A stretch of DNA of 64,000 bases from positions 3,477 to 67,476 of the forward strand of contig CAIRHQ010000004.1 of the NCBI GenBank assembly GCA_903878475.1, given 5' to 3'. The position numbers and the translations under genes were made by a program. The notes below the pieces were generated by a model, which saw only the letters and a program-made list of their open reading frames with translations, was not told the DNA's origin and did not search any database. Source of the stretch: an uncultured Bacteroidota bacterium. Its GTDB lineage: Bacteria > Bacteroidota > Bacteroidia > Chitinophagales > Chitinophagaceae. The first letter of the stretch is position 1; each line of letters opens with the position of its first letter. Positions 18,213 through 27,876 of the stretch are shown in pieces.

Positions 18213-19394
18213 ATGCCTTTTAGAAAAATAATCAATGACCCCGTATATGGCTTTATCACCATTGATGATGAGCTGATCTATCAGGTGATCGCCCATCCCT
18301 ACTACCAGCGGTTGCGGAGGATCAGTCAGATGGCCATGGCTTGCCTGGTTTATCCCGGTGCCGTGCATACCCGCCTTCACCACTCATTGGGTGCCTACCA
18401 TTTAATGGGCAATGCCTTAAATGAATTGAAAGGCAAGGGCATTGAAATTACCCCCGAAGAAGAACAGGCGGCTAAGATCGCTATCCTCCTGCATGATGTG
18501 GGGCACGGCCCATTTAGTCATGCCCTTGAACATGTGCTCATCGAAGGCTTTGAACATGAAGCCATTTCACTCATGATCATGAAAGAGTTGAATCAGCAAT
18601 TCGAGGGACGATTACAACTGGCATTGGATATTTTTACCGGAGTACATCCTAAAAAATACCTGCAACAACTCATCAGTGGTCAGCTGGATGTGGATCGGAT
18701 GGATTATTTAACCCGCGACAGTTTTTTCACCGGAGTAAATGAAGGCGTGATCGGGTACGACCGCATTTTGAAAATGCTGACCGTACATGAAGGTGAGTTG
18801 ATGGTTGAAGAAAAAGGGATCTATTCCATTGAGAAATTTTTAGTGGCCAGAAGATTGATGTACTGGCAGGTATACCTGCATAAGACCGTGTTGTGTGCCG
18901 AACAAATGCTGCAGCGCATCATTAAGAGAGCCAAATTCATCAAAGCCAAATCTGCAGGACCGCTAGATGATTTCATCAATCAGCCCATTCAGTCCATTAC
19001 CCTGGAAGCCTTTTGTAAACTGGATGATATTGATGTACTATCGGCCATTAAGTCGTGGTGCGATCATCCCGACCAGGTTTTATCATTTTTATGCCGTGGC
19101 ATCATCAACCGTCAGTTGCTGAAAGTAAAATATTTTGGTGCTCCTGTAGATGACGCATTCATTAAAGAAAATCTGGATGCTTGCGTTCAAAAGACAGGAC
19201 TATCGTATGAAGATGCCGCCTGGCTGGTATTTACGGGCGAGGCCACCAGTAGTACGTATAATTTTGAGGACGAACATATTCATATTTTATTTAAAGACGG
19301 AAGCGTAAAAGACATCTCGGAGGTCGACAATGCCCTAATCAATCAAAATATGCGGGGCAAGGTTAAAAAATATTACATTTGTTTTATGAGGTAA
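18213..19394 (+). CDS. HD-domain phosphohydrolase (dNTP triphosphohydrolase/SAMHD1-like)
   Basis: INDPVYG, YQRLRRI, HTRLHHSLG, LLHDVGHGPFSH and DVDRMDYL; start MPFRK at 18213. Confidence 0.9.
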   Translation: MPFRKIINDPVYGFITIDDELIYQVIAHPYYQRLRRISQMAMACLVYPGAVHTRLHHSLGAYHLMGNALNELKGKGIEITPEEEQAAKIAILLHDVGHGPFSHALEHVLIEGFEHEAISLMIMKELNQQFEGRLQLALDIFTGVHPKKYLQQLISGQLDVDRMDYLTRDSFFTGVNEGVIGYDRILKMLTVHEGELMVEEKGIYSIEKFLVARRLMYWQVYLHKTVLCAEQMLQRIIKRAKFIKAKSAGPLDDFINQPIQSITLEAFCKLDDIDVLSAIKSWCDHPDQVLSFLCRGIINRQLLKVKYFGAPVDDAFIKENLDACVQKTGLSYEDAAWLVFTGEATSSTYNFEDEHIHILFKDGSVKDISEVDNALINQNMRGKVKKYYICFMR

Positions 19395-19544
19395 GTAAGT
19401 TGATGCGGTAGAAAATTGGTTTGAGGTGCTGCAGTATGATATTGACTTTCCGCCACCATGTTGATTCATTTTTTTACCTGTGTAAATATCAAATTAAAGA
19501 GCTTATCGCTTTAAACTTTTAACTCCCCAATTAATCAATACAAC

Positions 19545-20588
19545 ATGCAATTTTCTGCGGCTCAAATAGCGATGATGATCAATGGAAGGGTGGAAGGTAA
19601 TGCGGAAGTCACTGTTTCATCATTTGGAAAGATTGAAGAAGCAAAAGCCGGGCAAATCGCTTTCCTGGCCAATCCCAAGTATGAAGAATATTTGTATACC
19701 AGTTTGGCTTCTGTGATCATCATCAGTGAAACGCAGGAATTGAAACAACCCGTAGCGGCCACCTTGATCAAGGTAGCAGATGCTTACTCTTCTTTTGCCA
19801 TATTGTTAGATAAATACCAGCAATTGCAAAAACAGCAACTGAGCGGCATCCAGCAACCCAGTTATATTGATGCTACGGCAACAATCGGTGAAGCTGTATT
19901 CATTGGCGCATTTGCCTGGATAGGAGAAAAAGTGATCGTGGGCAAGGGTTCAAAAATATATCCGCAGGTATTTTTAGGCAATAATGTGATGGTGGGTGAA
20001 AATACCGTGATCCATCCCGGAGTAAAAATTTATCATGATTGTGTAATAGGAAATAATGTAACCATTCATGCGGGCACGATTATTGGTGGTGATGGGTTTG
20101 GGTTTGCACCCCAGGCGGATGGAACTTATAAGAAAGTGCCTCAGATAGGCAATGTGGTGATCGAAGATGGCGTTGAAATAGGAGCCAATGCGGCCATCGA
20201 CAGGGGTACCATTGGCAGCACCCTGGTGAAATCGGGTGCAAAGCTCGACAATCTGTTGCAGATCGCACACAATGTAGAGATCGGCAACAATTCAGTGATT
20301 GCTGCTCAATGCGGAATCAGCGGCAGCACCAAGATCGGGAACAATGTTATGATCGGTGGACAGGCAGGTATTGTGGGTCATATTCAAATTGCCGATGGCA
20401 GTAAGATCAATGCGCAGAGTGGAGTAAGCAAATCCATAAAGAAGCCTAATTCGGCAGTTACGGGTTCTCCTGCTTATGATTTTACAGCAGCATTAAGAAG
20501 TCAGGCTTCTGCCCGAAACCTGCCCGAACTTGAAAAAAAGGTAGCGGCATTAGAAAAGTTGATCAATGAACTTACAGAAAAAAAATAA
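19545..20588 (+). CDS. lpxD: UDP-3-O-(3-hydroxymyristoyl)glucosamine N-acyltransferase
   Basis: FLANPKY, hexapeptide repeats, GFGFAP, KVPQIGNV and LDNLLQIAHNV. Confidence 0.95.
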   Translation: MQFSAAQIAMMINGRVEGNAEVTVSSFGKIEEAKAGQIAFLANPKYEEYLYTSLASVIIISETQELKQPVAATLIKVADAYSSFAILLDKYQQLQKQQLSGIQQPSYIDATATIGEAVFIGAFAWIGEKVIVGKGSKIYPQVFLGNNVMVGENTVIHPGVKIYHDCVIGNNVTIHAGTIIGGDGFGFAPQADGTYKKVPQIGNVVIEDGVEIGANAAIDRGTIGSTLVKSGAKLDNLLQIAHNVEIGNNSVIAAQCGISGSTKIGNNVMIGGQAGIVGHIQIADGSKINAQSGVSKSIKKPNSAVTGSPAYDFTAALRSQASARNLPELEKKVAALEKLINELTEKK

Positions 20589-20666
20589 TCCAATACATTT
20601 TATATACCCTACCAACCCATTGATCCAGTAACCCATCTTTCATACTGAAAACCAATACAGTTTCCG

Positions 20667-23153
20667 TTGTACAAATTATTTACATACTGTTTCTTTCTGT
20701 CGCTGTTATTGATCGGTGCAGATGCAGGAGCGCAATCCCTGATCATCACTGGTACCGTGCAGGATTCGCATACCAAGGAGCCTGTGGCCTATGCTTCTGT
20801 ATATTTTGCCCGGTCGGGGGTTGGTAAAACAACCGATAGTGCGGGAAATTTTTCCTTTTATTTCAATGCTTTTAAAAATGATACCCTGGTGGTGAGCTAT
20901 ACAGGATATGAACGTTTTAAAATACCCGTAAGCGCTACCGTTAGTCATCAAACGATCACCATCCAACTCGACCGTGGAGGCCCCGCTAATACCGTAATTG
21001 TAAAAGCAAAATTCAACAAAGGTTTGTATTTGTGGAAAAAGATCATGAGCAAAAAGAAACAATACAACCGATACAACCTGCCCAATTTCGGATACCAGGC
21101 CTATAATAAACTGGAGGTTGACATCAAGCATTTTAATGCCGACAAGATGAAAAAGAACTTCTTATTAAGGCCGTTCTCCTTTGTCTTTAATAATATGGAC
21201 AGCAGTTCTGAAAAAGAACCTTTCTTACCTGCTTACCTGGTGGAAAGTATCAGTGATTATGCCTTTCAGCGCCACCCCAAGAAATATGTTGAACAGATAA
21301 AAGCCACCAACACCAAGGGGTTTACCAATGAAAGCATCAGCAAATTAATGGGCGTGATGAATCAGAATGTAAATATTTACGGCAATTTTATCAATGTGAT
21401 GGACAAGGATTTTATCAGTCCGTTCAATGACAATGCCGATGTATACTATATTTTCACTGTGCCCGATACACAAATGGTGAGCGGAAAAAAAATATTTCAT
21501 TTTGTGTTCAGCCCTAAGCATGCCGGGCAAAATACTTTCGAAGGCGATGCCTGGGTAATGGAAAAAACTTTTCAGATACAAAAAATATCCTTGTACCTGG
21601 GTAAGGAAGCCAATATCAATTATATCGACCGCATCAGCGTATTCCAGGAATTCATTCCCATCAATGACTCGGTATATTTTTTGAACCGCGATAAATTCTT
21701 TGCCGATTTCAGGGTATTGGGAAAACAATCGCTTACCCTTATCGGCCGTAAATCCACTTCTTACCGAAACATCATCGTCAACAATGATTCCATCACCCGT
21801 TTATTTGAAAAGCAGCCTACAGAAGAACTCGTAAAAACGGATCCTGGGGTAGCTGCAAAATCAGACTCCGACTGGAATGTACTCCGCCATGATACCCTGT
21901 CGAAGAACGAACTAGCGATTTATAATACCGTAGATAAACTGTTGCAGATGCCCAAGTTTCAGCGCCTGCAAAGAACCCTAAGGTTTATTGGTACCGGGTA
22001 CAAGAATATCGGAAATTATGAGATCGGACCCTGGTTCAACTGGATCAGCAACAACCAATGGGAAGGCACCCGGTTTCGTTTCGACCTGGGCACCAATACC
22101 GGATTCAACAAGAAGATCTATCTGCATGGATACCTTGCCTATGGCATGCAGGATCAGAAATTTAAGGGGAAGGCAGAAGCTTACTGGATATTGAATCGCG
22201 AGCCAAAACGGTTTCGGCTACACGCTTCTGCGTCAAGCGATATCGACAATGGCATTAGTCAATACGGTGAAGTAAGTCAGGATAATATTTTTTCCCTGGC
22301 CATCCGCAAACCCAATACCACCCGAAAATATATCCATATAAAAGATTTTCGATTCGAAGTATTCAATGAATGGGGAAAGGGTTTCTCTACAGAATGGTTC
22401 TTCACGCACCGTCAATACGAGCCGCTCAAGAACCTGCCATTCAAAACAACTTTCCCGGTAAGCACTGGTAAACCCCTCACCAATTTTGAAGTGGCCTTAA
22501 AACTAAGATTTGCCTATCTGGAACAATTTATTGAAGGGGATTATTTCAGGTATAGCCTGGGCTCTAAATATCCCGTAGCAGAATTAATGTTGGCCAAAGG
22601 CATTCCAGGTGTTCTCAATAGTGCTTATCACTATACCAAACTGAGTGCTTCGGTACATGATTATTACAAGATCTCCCCATTGGGTTCTTTATCATACAAA
22701 GTTTTTGCGGGAAAGATATTCGGCACCCTCCCCTTTACGTTTCTGGAAAACCATCCCGGAAATGATATCTATTATTATAACCCCGGGTCTTTTAACCTCA
22801 TGAATCGGTTTGAATATCTCAGCGATCAATATGCAGGTTTCAACCTCGAACATCATATCGGTTCCGGCTTGTTCCGATTCATTCCCATCACCCGGAAAAT
22901 GAAATGGAGGCAGTTCTGGAACGTGAAAACGATTTGGGGCTCCTTGAACAATGAGAATGAGGCGCTCAATAACAGTACGGGTATCTTTAAAACCCTGAAT
23001 GGCAAAACCTATATGGAATTAGGTACGGGAATCGACAATATCCTAAAGGTATTCAGGCTCGATTTTGTATGGAGAGTAGCTCCGGGCACAAGTTTGCCGA
23101 TGACCAAATATTCCCGATTTGGCATTTTTGGGTCCTTCCAGATCCAATTTTAA
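20667..23153 (+). CDS. Outer-membrane protein with carboxypeptidase-regulatory-like N-domain and DUF5686-type body
   Basis: ITGTVQDSHTKEPVAYASV N-domain, YNKLEVD, aromatic C-terminus (FQIQF) typical of beta-barrels. Confidence 0.8.
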   Translation: MYKLFTYCFFLSLLLIGADAGAQSLIITGTVQDSHTKEPVAYASVYFARSGVGKTTDSAGNFSFYFNAFKNDTLVVSYTGYERFKIPVSATVSHQTITIQLDRGGPANTVIVKAKFNKGLYLWKKIMSKKKQYNRYNLPNFGYQAYNKLEVDIKHFNADKMKKNFLLRPFSFVFNNMDSSSEKEPFLPAYLVESISDYAFQRHPKKYVEQIKATNTKGFTNESISKLMGVMNQNVNIYGNFINVMDKDFISPFNDNADVYYIFTVPDTQMVSGKKIFHFVFSPKHAGQNTFEGDAWVMEKTFQIQKISLYLGKEANINYIDRISVFQEFIPINDSVYFLNRDKFFADFRVLGKQSLTLIGRKSTSYRNIIVNNDSITRLFEKQPTEELVKTDPGVAAKSDSDWNVLRHDTLSKNELAIYNTVDKLLQMPKFQRLQRTLRFIGTGYKNIGNYEIGPWFNWISNNQWEGTRFRFDLGTNTGFNKKIYLHGYLAYGMQDQKFKGKAEAYWILNREPKRFRLHASASSDIDNGISQYGEVSQDNIFSLAIRKPNTTRKYIHIKDFRFEVFNEWGKGFSTEWFFTHRQYEPLKNLPFKTTFPVSTGKPLTNFEVALKLRFAYLEQFIEGDYFRYSLGSKYPVAELMLAKGIPGVLNSAYHYTKLSASVHDYYKISPLGSLSYKVFAGKIFGTLPFTFLENHPGNDIYYYNPGSFNLMNRFEYLSDQYAGFNLEHHIGSGLFRFIPITRKMKWRQFWNVKTIWGSLNNENEALNNSTGIFKTLNGKTYMELGTGIDNILKVFRLDFVWRVAPGTSLPMTKYSRFGIFGSFQIQF

Positions 23154-23207
23154 CAGGAACATTAAATTTCAATTTGACCGAAGTCATTAGAGGCATTTAT
23201 TTTTAAA

Positions 23208-23215
23208 TATCTTTG
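23208..23215 (+). promoter_or_regulatory. -7 promoter element TATCTTTG upstream of lpxC-fabZ
   Basis: Exact TAnnTTTG 22 nt before the start codon. Confidence 0.6.
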
Positions 23216-23237
23216 CCATCAAAATTTTCCAGCACAT

Positions 23238-24644
23238 ATGGATAAAAATTTTAATCCAGATAAACAACATACACTTGCTAAACCCGTCAGTATTTCGGGA
23301 ACTGGATTGCATACTGGTGTAAATGTAGACATGACCCTGAAGCCGGCCAACCCCGGATTCGGGTTCCAATTCCAGCGTACTGATCTGCCCGGCATGCCTG
23401 TGATCAAGGCCGATTGCGACCTGGTAACCGATACATCCAGGGGCACTACCCTCGAAAAAGACGATGCCAAAATAAGTACCGTAGAACATATTTTAGCAGC
23501 CCTGGTGGGCATGGGAGTAGATAATTGTTTGATCGAAGTGAATGGTCCCGAGATTCCGATCATTGACGGCAGTAGCGAACCCTTTGTGGAGATCATTGAA
23601 ACCACCGGCGTGCTTGAACAGGACGCTGCAAAAATCTGGTATACCATTGATACTAATATCTCGCATTTCGATGATGTAAAAAGAGTGGAGATGACAGCCC
23701 TCCCATCGGCTAACTACCAGATTACTACTCTAATTGATTTCAATTCGCCGGTATTGGGCACCCAGCATGCCAGTCTGAAATCCATGAAAGAATTTCAAAC
23801 AGAAATTGCTCCCTGCCGAACTTTTTGTTTTTTGCATGAGTTGGAAATGTTGCTCGACAATAACCTGGTTAAAGGTGGCGATATCAATAATGCCATCGTG
23901 GTAGTAGACCGGCCGGTAACTGATGATGAAATGTCGCGCCTGGCTACTGCATTCGGTCGTACAAAAGTGGAAGTGAAAAGTGAAGGATACCTCAACAACC
24001 TGGAACTTCGTTTCCCCAATGAACCAGCCCGTCATAAATTATTGGACGTGATCGGCGACCTTGCCCTGATCGGATATCCCATCAAGGCGCATATCATTGC
24101 CAACAGGCCGGGGCATAGCAGCAATGTTGAGTTTGCCAAAAAGATCAAACAGTATATCAAGAAGAACAAGCATACAAAAGATATTCCCAATTACGATCCA
24201 AACCAGGAACCCGTTTACAACCTGCAACAGATCGAAAAAACCCTGCCCCACCGCTTCCCGTTCATCATGGTGGATAAGATCATTGAACTAACGGATACCC
24301 GTATTGTAGGTATAAAGAACATTACCTTTAATGAATATTTTTTCCAAGGACATTTCCCGGGCAATCCGGTGATGCCGGGAGTATTGCAAATTGAAGCCCT
24401 GGCTCAAACCGGCGGTCTGCTTTGCATCAACTCAATGCCCGATGGAGAATATGATACCTATTTCTTGAAGATCGATAATTGCAAATTTAAACAGAAGGTG
24501 GTGCCCGGCGATACCATGATATTAAAAATGGAATTGATTGAGCCGATCAGAAGAGGAATTTGTGTGATGAAAGGAAGTGTGTACGTAGGTAATAAATTAT
24601 GTGCTGAAGCCGACCTCACCGCACAATTGGTAAAAAGAACCTAA
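23238..24644 (+). CDS. lpxC-fabZ: Bifunctional LpxC deacetylase / FabZ dehydratase
   Basis: GTGLHTG, TVEHILAAL and HKLLD for LpxC; LPHRFPF and FFQGHFPGNPVMPGVLQIEA for FabZ. Confidence 0.95.
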   Translation: MDKNFNPDKQHTLAKPVSISGTGLHTGVNVDMTLKPANPGFGFQFQRTDLPGMPVIKADCDLVTDTSRGTTLEKDDAKISTVEHILAALVGMGVDNCLIEVNGPEIPIIDGSSEPFVEIIETTGVLEQDAAKIWYTIDTNISHFDDVKRVEMTALPSANYQITTLIDFNSPVLGTQHASLKSMKEFQTEIAPCRTFCFLHELEMLLDNNLVKGGDINNAIVVVDRPVTDDEMSRLATAFGRTKVEVKSEGYLNNLELRFPNEPARHKLLDVIGDLALIGYPIKAHIIANRPGHSSNVEFAKKIKQYIKKNKHTKDIPNYDPNQEPVYNLQQIEKTLPHRFPFIMVDKIIELTDTRIVGIKNITFNEYFFQGHFPGNPVMPGVLQIEALAQTGGLLCINSMPDGEYDTYFLKIDNCKFKQKVVPGDTMILKMELIEPIRRGICVMKGSVYVGNKLCAEADLTAQLVKRT

Positions 24645-24663
24645 ACATAATTTTTCGATTATT

Positions 24664-25461
24664 ATGATCCATCCACACACCTACATACACCCCAACGCCA
24701 AACTGGCTACCAATGTTAAGATAGACCCCTTCAGTGTGATCCATCAGAATGTGGAGATCGGTGAAGGCACCTGGATCGGCAGCAATGTAACCATCATGGA
24801 AGGAGCCCGCGTGGGAAAGAACTGCAGGATCTTCCCCGGTGCCGTGATCGCCGCCATTCCGCAGGACCTTAAATATGAAGGCGAACAAACCACGGTTGAA
24901 ATTGGCGACAATACCACCATCCGTGAATTCGTAACGGTAAATAGAGGAAGTAAGGATCGCTGGACCACCAAGGTGGGAAATAATTGTCTGATCATGGCCT
25001 ATAGCCATATTGCGCACGATTGCATTGTGGGCAATAACTGCATCATGAGCAACAATACTCAAATGGCCGGACATGTGGTGATGGGCGACCATTCCATCCT
25101 GGCCGGTATGTGTGCCGTGCATCAGTTTGTGCAGATCGGTCAACACGCTTTCATCGCCGGAGGATCATTGGTGAGTAAGGATGTACCTCCCTATATCAAA
25201 GCAGGAAGAACTCCTTTGAGTTATGCCGGCGTAAATTCTGTGGGATTGAAACGCAAAGGATTTTCGCTCGACCGCATCAACCAGATACTCGATATCTATC
25301 GCTTCATTTATAACAAAGGACTGAATACTTCGCAGGCCCTGAATTTCATTGAAGAAGAATTACAAGCCACCGACGAACGGGATGAGATCGTGACCTTTAT
25401 CCGGGAAAGCGGAAGGGGCATCATCAAACGTTACAGCAAGGGTAGTATGGAAGATGAATAA
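24664..25461 (+). CDS. lpxA: UDP-N-acetylglucosamine acyltransferase
   Basis: Hexapeptide repeats, PQDLKY, IREFVT, HIAHDC and VHQF. Confidence 0.95.
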   Translation: MIHPHTYIHPNAKLATNVKIDPFSVIHQNVEIGEGTWIGSNVTIMEGARVGKNCRIFPGAVIAAIPQDLKYEGEQTTVEIGDNTTIREFVTVNRGSKDRWTTKVGNNCLIMAYSHIAHDCIVGNNCIMSNNTQMAGHVVMGDHSILAGMCAVHQFVQIGQHAFIAGGSLVSKDVPPYIKAGRTPLSYAGVNSVGLKRKGFSLDRINQILDIYRFIYNKGLNTSQALNFIEEELQATDERDEIVTFIRESGRGIIKRYSKGSMEDE

Positions 25462-25514
25462 TTGTGAACCACAGACCGGAACAAACACCCTGCCGGTGAA
25501 CAGGGATTTCATTC

Positions 25515-26141
25515 ATGCAGATCACACTAACTAATACAGGTAAACGCTTTAACCGGGAATGGATATTCAGGCATGTAGACCTGGTATTCCATCCTGCCAA
25601 AGCCTATGCCATTACCGGGCCTAACGGATCCGGAAAATCAACCCTGCTGCAGGTGATCGCCGGAGCAACCCTTCACAATGAAGGTCAAGTGAGTTATCTT
25701 CCTCAAGCAAACGGAACCACAAAAAATAACGATATCGAACCTTATCGCTACCTCGCGATGGCTGCCCCCTACCTGGAGTTGATTGAAGAAATGACCGCAA
25801 AAGAAATGCTGGAATTTCACAGCCAGTTCAAAACACTTACCCTTTCTAATGAAGAAATACTGGAGATCGTTGGCTTAACCAAGGCCACCGATAAGCAGCT
25901 GCGCAATTTCAGCAGCGGCATGAAACAACGATTGAAACTGGCCCAGGCCTTCTTCAGCGATACGCCGGTATTGCTGCTCGATGAACCCACTACCAACCTG
26001 GATGCCGATGGTATTGCTTTATACCATTCCCTGATCGATAACTATTCGAAAAACAAAATGGTGATCGTAAGCAGCAATGATCCGCAGGAGTATGATTTTT
26101 GCACTGAAGTGATCGGCATTGGGAAATACAAATCTGTGTAA
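25515..26141 (+). CDS. ABC transporter ATP-binding protein
   Basis: Walker A GPNGSGKST, signature FSSGMKQR, Walker B LLLDEP. Confidence 0.9.
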   Translation: MQITLTNTGKRFNREWIFRHVDLVFHPAKAYAITGPNGSGKSTLLQVIAGATLHNEGQVSYLPQANGTTKNNDIEPYRYLAMAAPYLELIEEMTAKEMLEFHSQFKTLTLSNEEILEIVGLTKATDKQLRNFSSGMKQRLKLAQAFFSDTPVLLLDEPTTNLDADGIALYHSLIDNYSKNKMVIVSSNDPQEYDFCTEVIGIGKYKSV

Positions 26142-26159
26142 ACTTCTTTTTTATTTTGA

Positions 26160-27374
26160 CTACCGCTTGCTGGCGATCAGTAGATTCAGATCGGTAAATT
26201 TCAGATCGAACCTTTCGCTGAGATAAATATTGGTAAGACTTCCCTTAAATAAGTAAATACCACTTCGGATATTGATCTTGTACCAAACCACATTCTCAAT
26301 ACCACCGTCTTCGGCTGTTTCCAGCAACAAGGGCATCAACACATTGCTGATGGCCTGAGACGCTGTACGCGCAAATCCACTGGGGATATTGGGTACGCCA
26401 TAATGGATCACATCATACTTGGTAAACACCGGTTTTTCATGAGAGGTTACCTCACTGGTCTCAAAACATCCGCCATGATCAATGCTCACATCCACAATGA
26501 CCGTTCCGGGTCGCATCTGGCTTACCATCTCTTCGCTAACGACAATGGGTGTACGCCCTCCGGCATTGCTGAGTGCGCCAACGGCCACATCGCAGGTCTT
26601 TAATTGCTTGGCCAGAATTTTGGGCTCGATCACGGAGGTCCATAAACGCCCTCCGATATTGTTCTGTAAACGTTTCAACCGGTAAATGCTGTTGTCGAAT
26701 ATTTTTACGCTAGCACCCATGGCCAAGGCGGTTCTTGCTGCATACTCCCCCACGATACCCGCCCCAATGATGATCACCTTGGTAGGCGGAATACCACTGA
26801 TCCCTCCCACCAGCACTCCCTTTCCATTGTTGGCATTGCTGAGGTACTGACCCGCGATCAGCATCACTGCACTGCCCGCGATCTCACTCATGCTGCGCAC
26901 AATGGGATTGTGTCCGCTATCGTCTTTCAGGTTCTCAAAACTCAGTGCCGTGATCTTTTTATCCATCATCTTCTGCAGGATCTCACGCTTCATCGCCGCC
27001 AGATGGATAGGAGAAATGATATACTGATTGGGTTTCAGCATATCGCAATCGGCATCGCTTACGGGTGCACTTTTTACTAGAATATCACATTCAAATACTT
27101 CTTTTTTGTCATAAGCGATCTTGGCCCCGGCCTCACTGTAATCCTTATCGGTATAACTGGCCCCATCGCCCGCCTTGGTTTCTACCACCACCCGATGACC
27201 ATTGGCCACCATCACCCCTACGGCTTCCGGAGTAAGTGCAATACGATTCTCATTAAATGAATTTTCCTTGGGAATGCCAATATTCAGAATCTCACCCTTG
27301 GGTTTGATGTCGAGTGTTTCTTCAAGCGTTTCATAAGAAAAAGAAGGAGATACGAATGGTTTTGATGTTGCCAT
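26160..27374 (-). CDS. ald: Alanine dehydrogenase family protein
   Basis: IGIPKE-ENRIALTP, SEIAG, IIGAGIVG, DVSIDHGGCFETS and YGVPNIP. Confidence 0.88.
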   Translation of the reverse strand: MATSKPFVSPSFSYETLEETLDIKPKGEILNIGIPKENSFNENRIALTPEAVGVMVANGHRVVVETKAGDGASYTDKDYSEAGAKIAYDKKEVFECDILVKSAPVSDADCDMLKPNQYIISPIHLAAMKREILQKMMDKKITALSFENLKDDSGHNPIVRSMSEIAGSAVMLIAGQYLSNANNGKGVLVGGISGIPPTKVIIIGAGIVGEYAARTALAMGASVKIFDNSIYRLKRLQNNIGGRLWTSVIEPKILAKQLKTCDVAVGALSNAGGRTPIVVSEEMVSQMRPGTVIVDVSIDHGGCFETSEVTSHEKPVFTKYDVIHYGVPNIPSGFARTASQAISNVLMPLLLETAEDGGIENVVWYKINIRSGIYLFKGSLTNIYLSERFDLKFTDLNLLIASKR

Positions 27375-27400
27375 AGTAAGCCGATTGTAAGTTGTACAAA

Positions 27401-27814
27401 TTACAAATTTATTTCGAGCTTTCGGCTATCGGTACCGGTAGTGTACAGCCTCACCGTTAAACTGTTATCCGGAAAGATCCCGGCAGCCTTCTCGGGCCAC
27501 TCCACCAAACAGATATTGCCCGAGAACAAGGCGTCCTCTACCCCCGCTTGTATGGCCTCCGCCTCATCACGGATACGATACAGGTCCAGATGATAAATGG
27601 TGCTGCCCTCCGCATTTTGGTATTGGTTGATGATGGAGAAGGTTGGACTGGAAACCGTGTCCTGCACCCCCATTGCCGCACATAGGGCATGGATAAAGGT
27701 TGTTTTTCCGGCGCCCATTTCACCATGAATGGCAATCACCCGATGCTGGCCGATGTAGGGCAGAAATGCTTGGGCTGCCTGATCAATATCCCCCAGTCTG
27801 AAATTTAACTCCAT
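27401..27814 (-). CDS. tsaE: tRNA threonylcarbamoyladenosine biosynthesis ATPase TsaE
   Basis: GEMGAGKTT, VSSPTFSIINQY, YHLDLYR and VEWPE; start MELNF at 27814. Confidence 0.94.
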   Translation of the reverse strand: MELNFRLGDIDQAAQAFLPYIGQHRVIAIHGEMGAGKTTFIHALCAAMGVQDTVSSPTFSIINQYQNAEGSTIYHLDLYRIRDEAEAIQAGVEDALFSGNICLVEWPEKAAGIFPDNSLTVRLYTTGTDSRKLEINL

Positions 27815-27864
27815 GTTGCAAAGATATTTTCCTTCAATAGTAATTGTATACGTTTCACAAAGAA

Positions 27865-27872
27865 TAATTTTG
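27865..27872 (+). promoter_or_regulatory. -7 promoter element TAATTTTG 4 nt before the P-type ATPase ATG
   Basis: Exact TAnnTTTG match. Confidence 0.6.
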
Positions 27873-27876
27873 CAGT

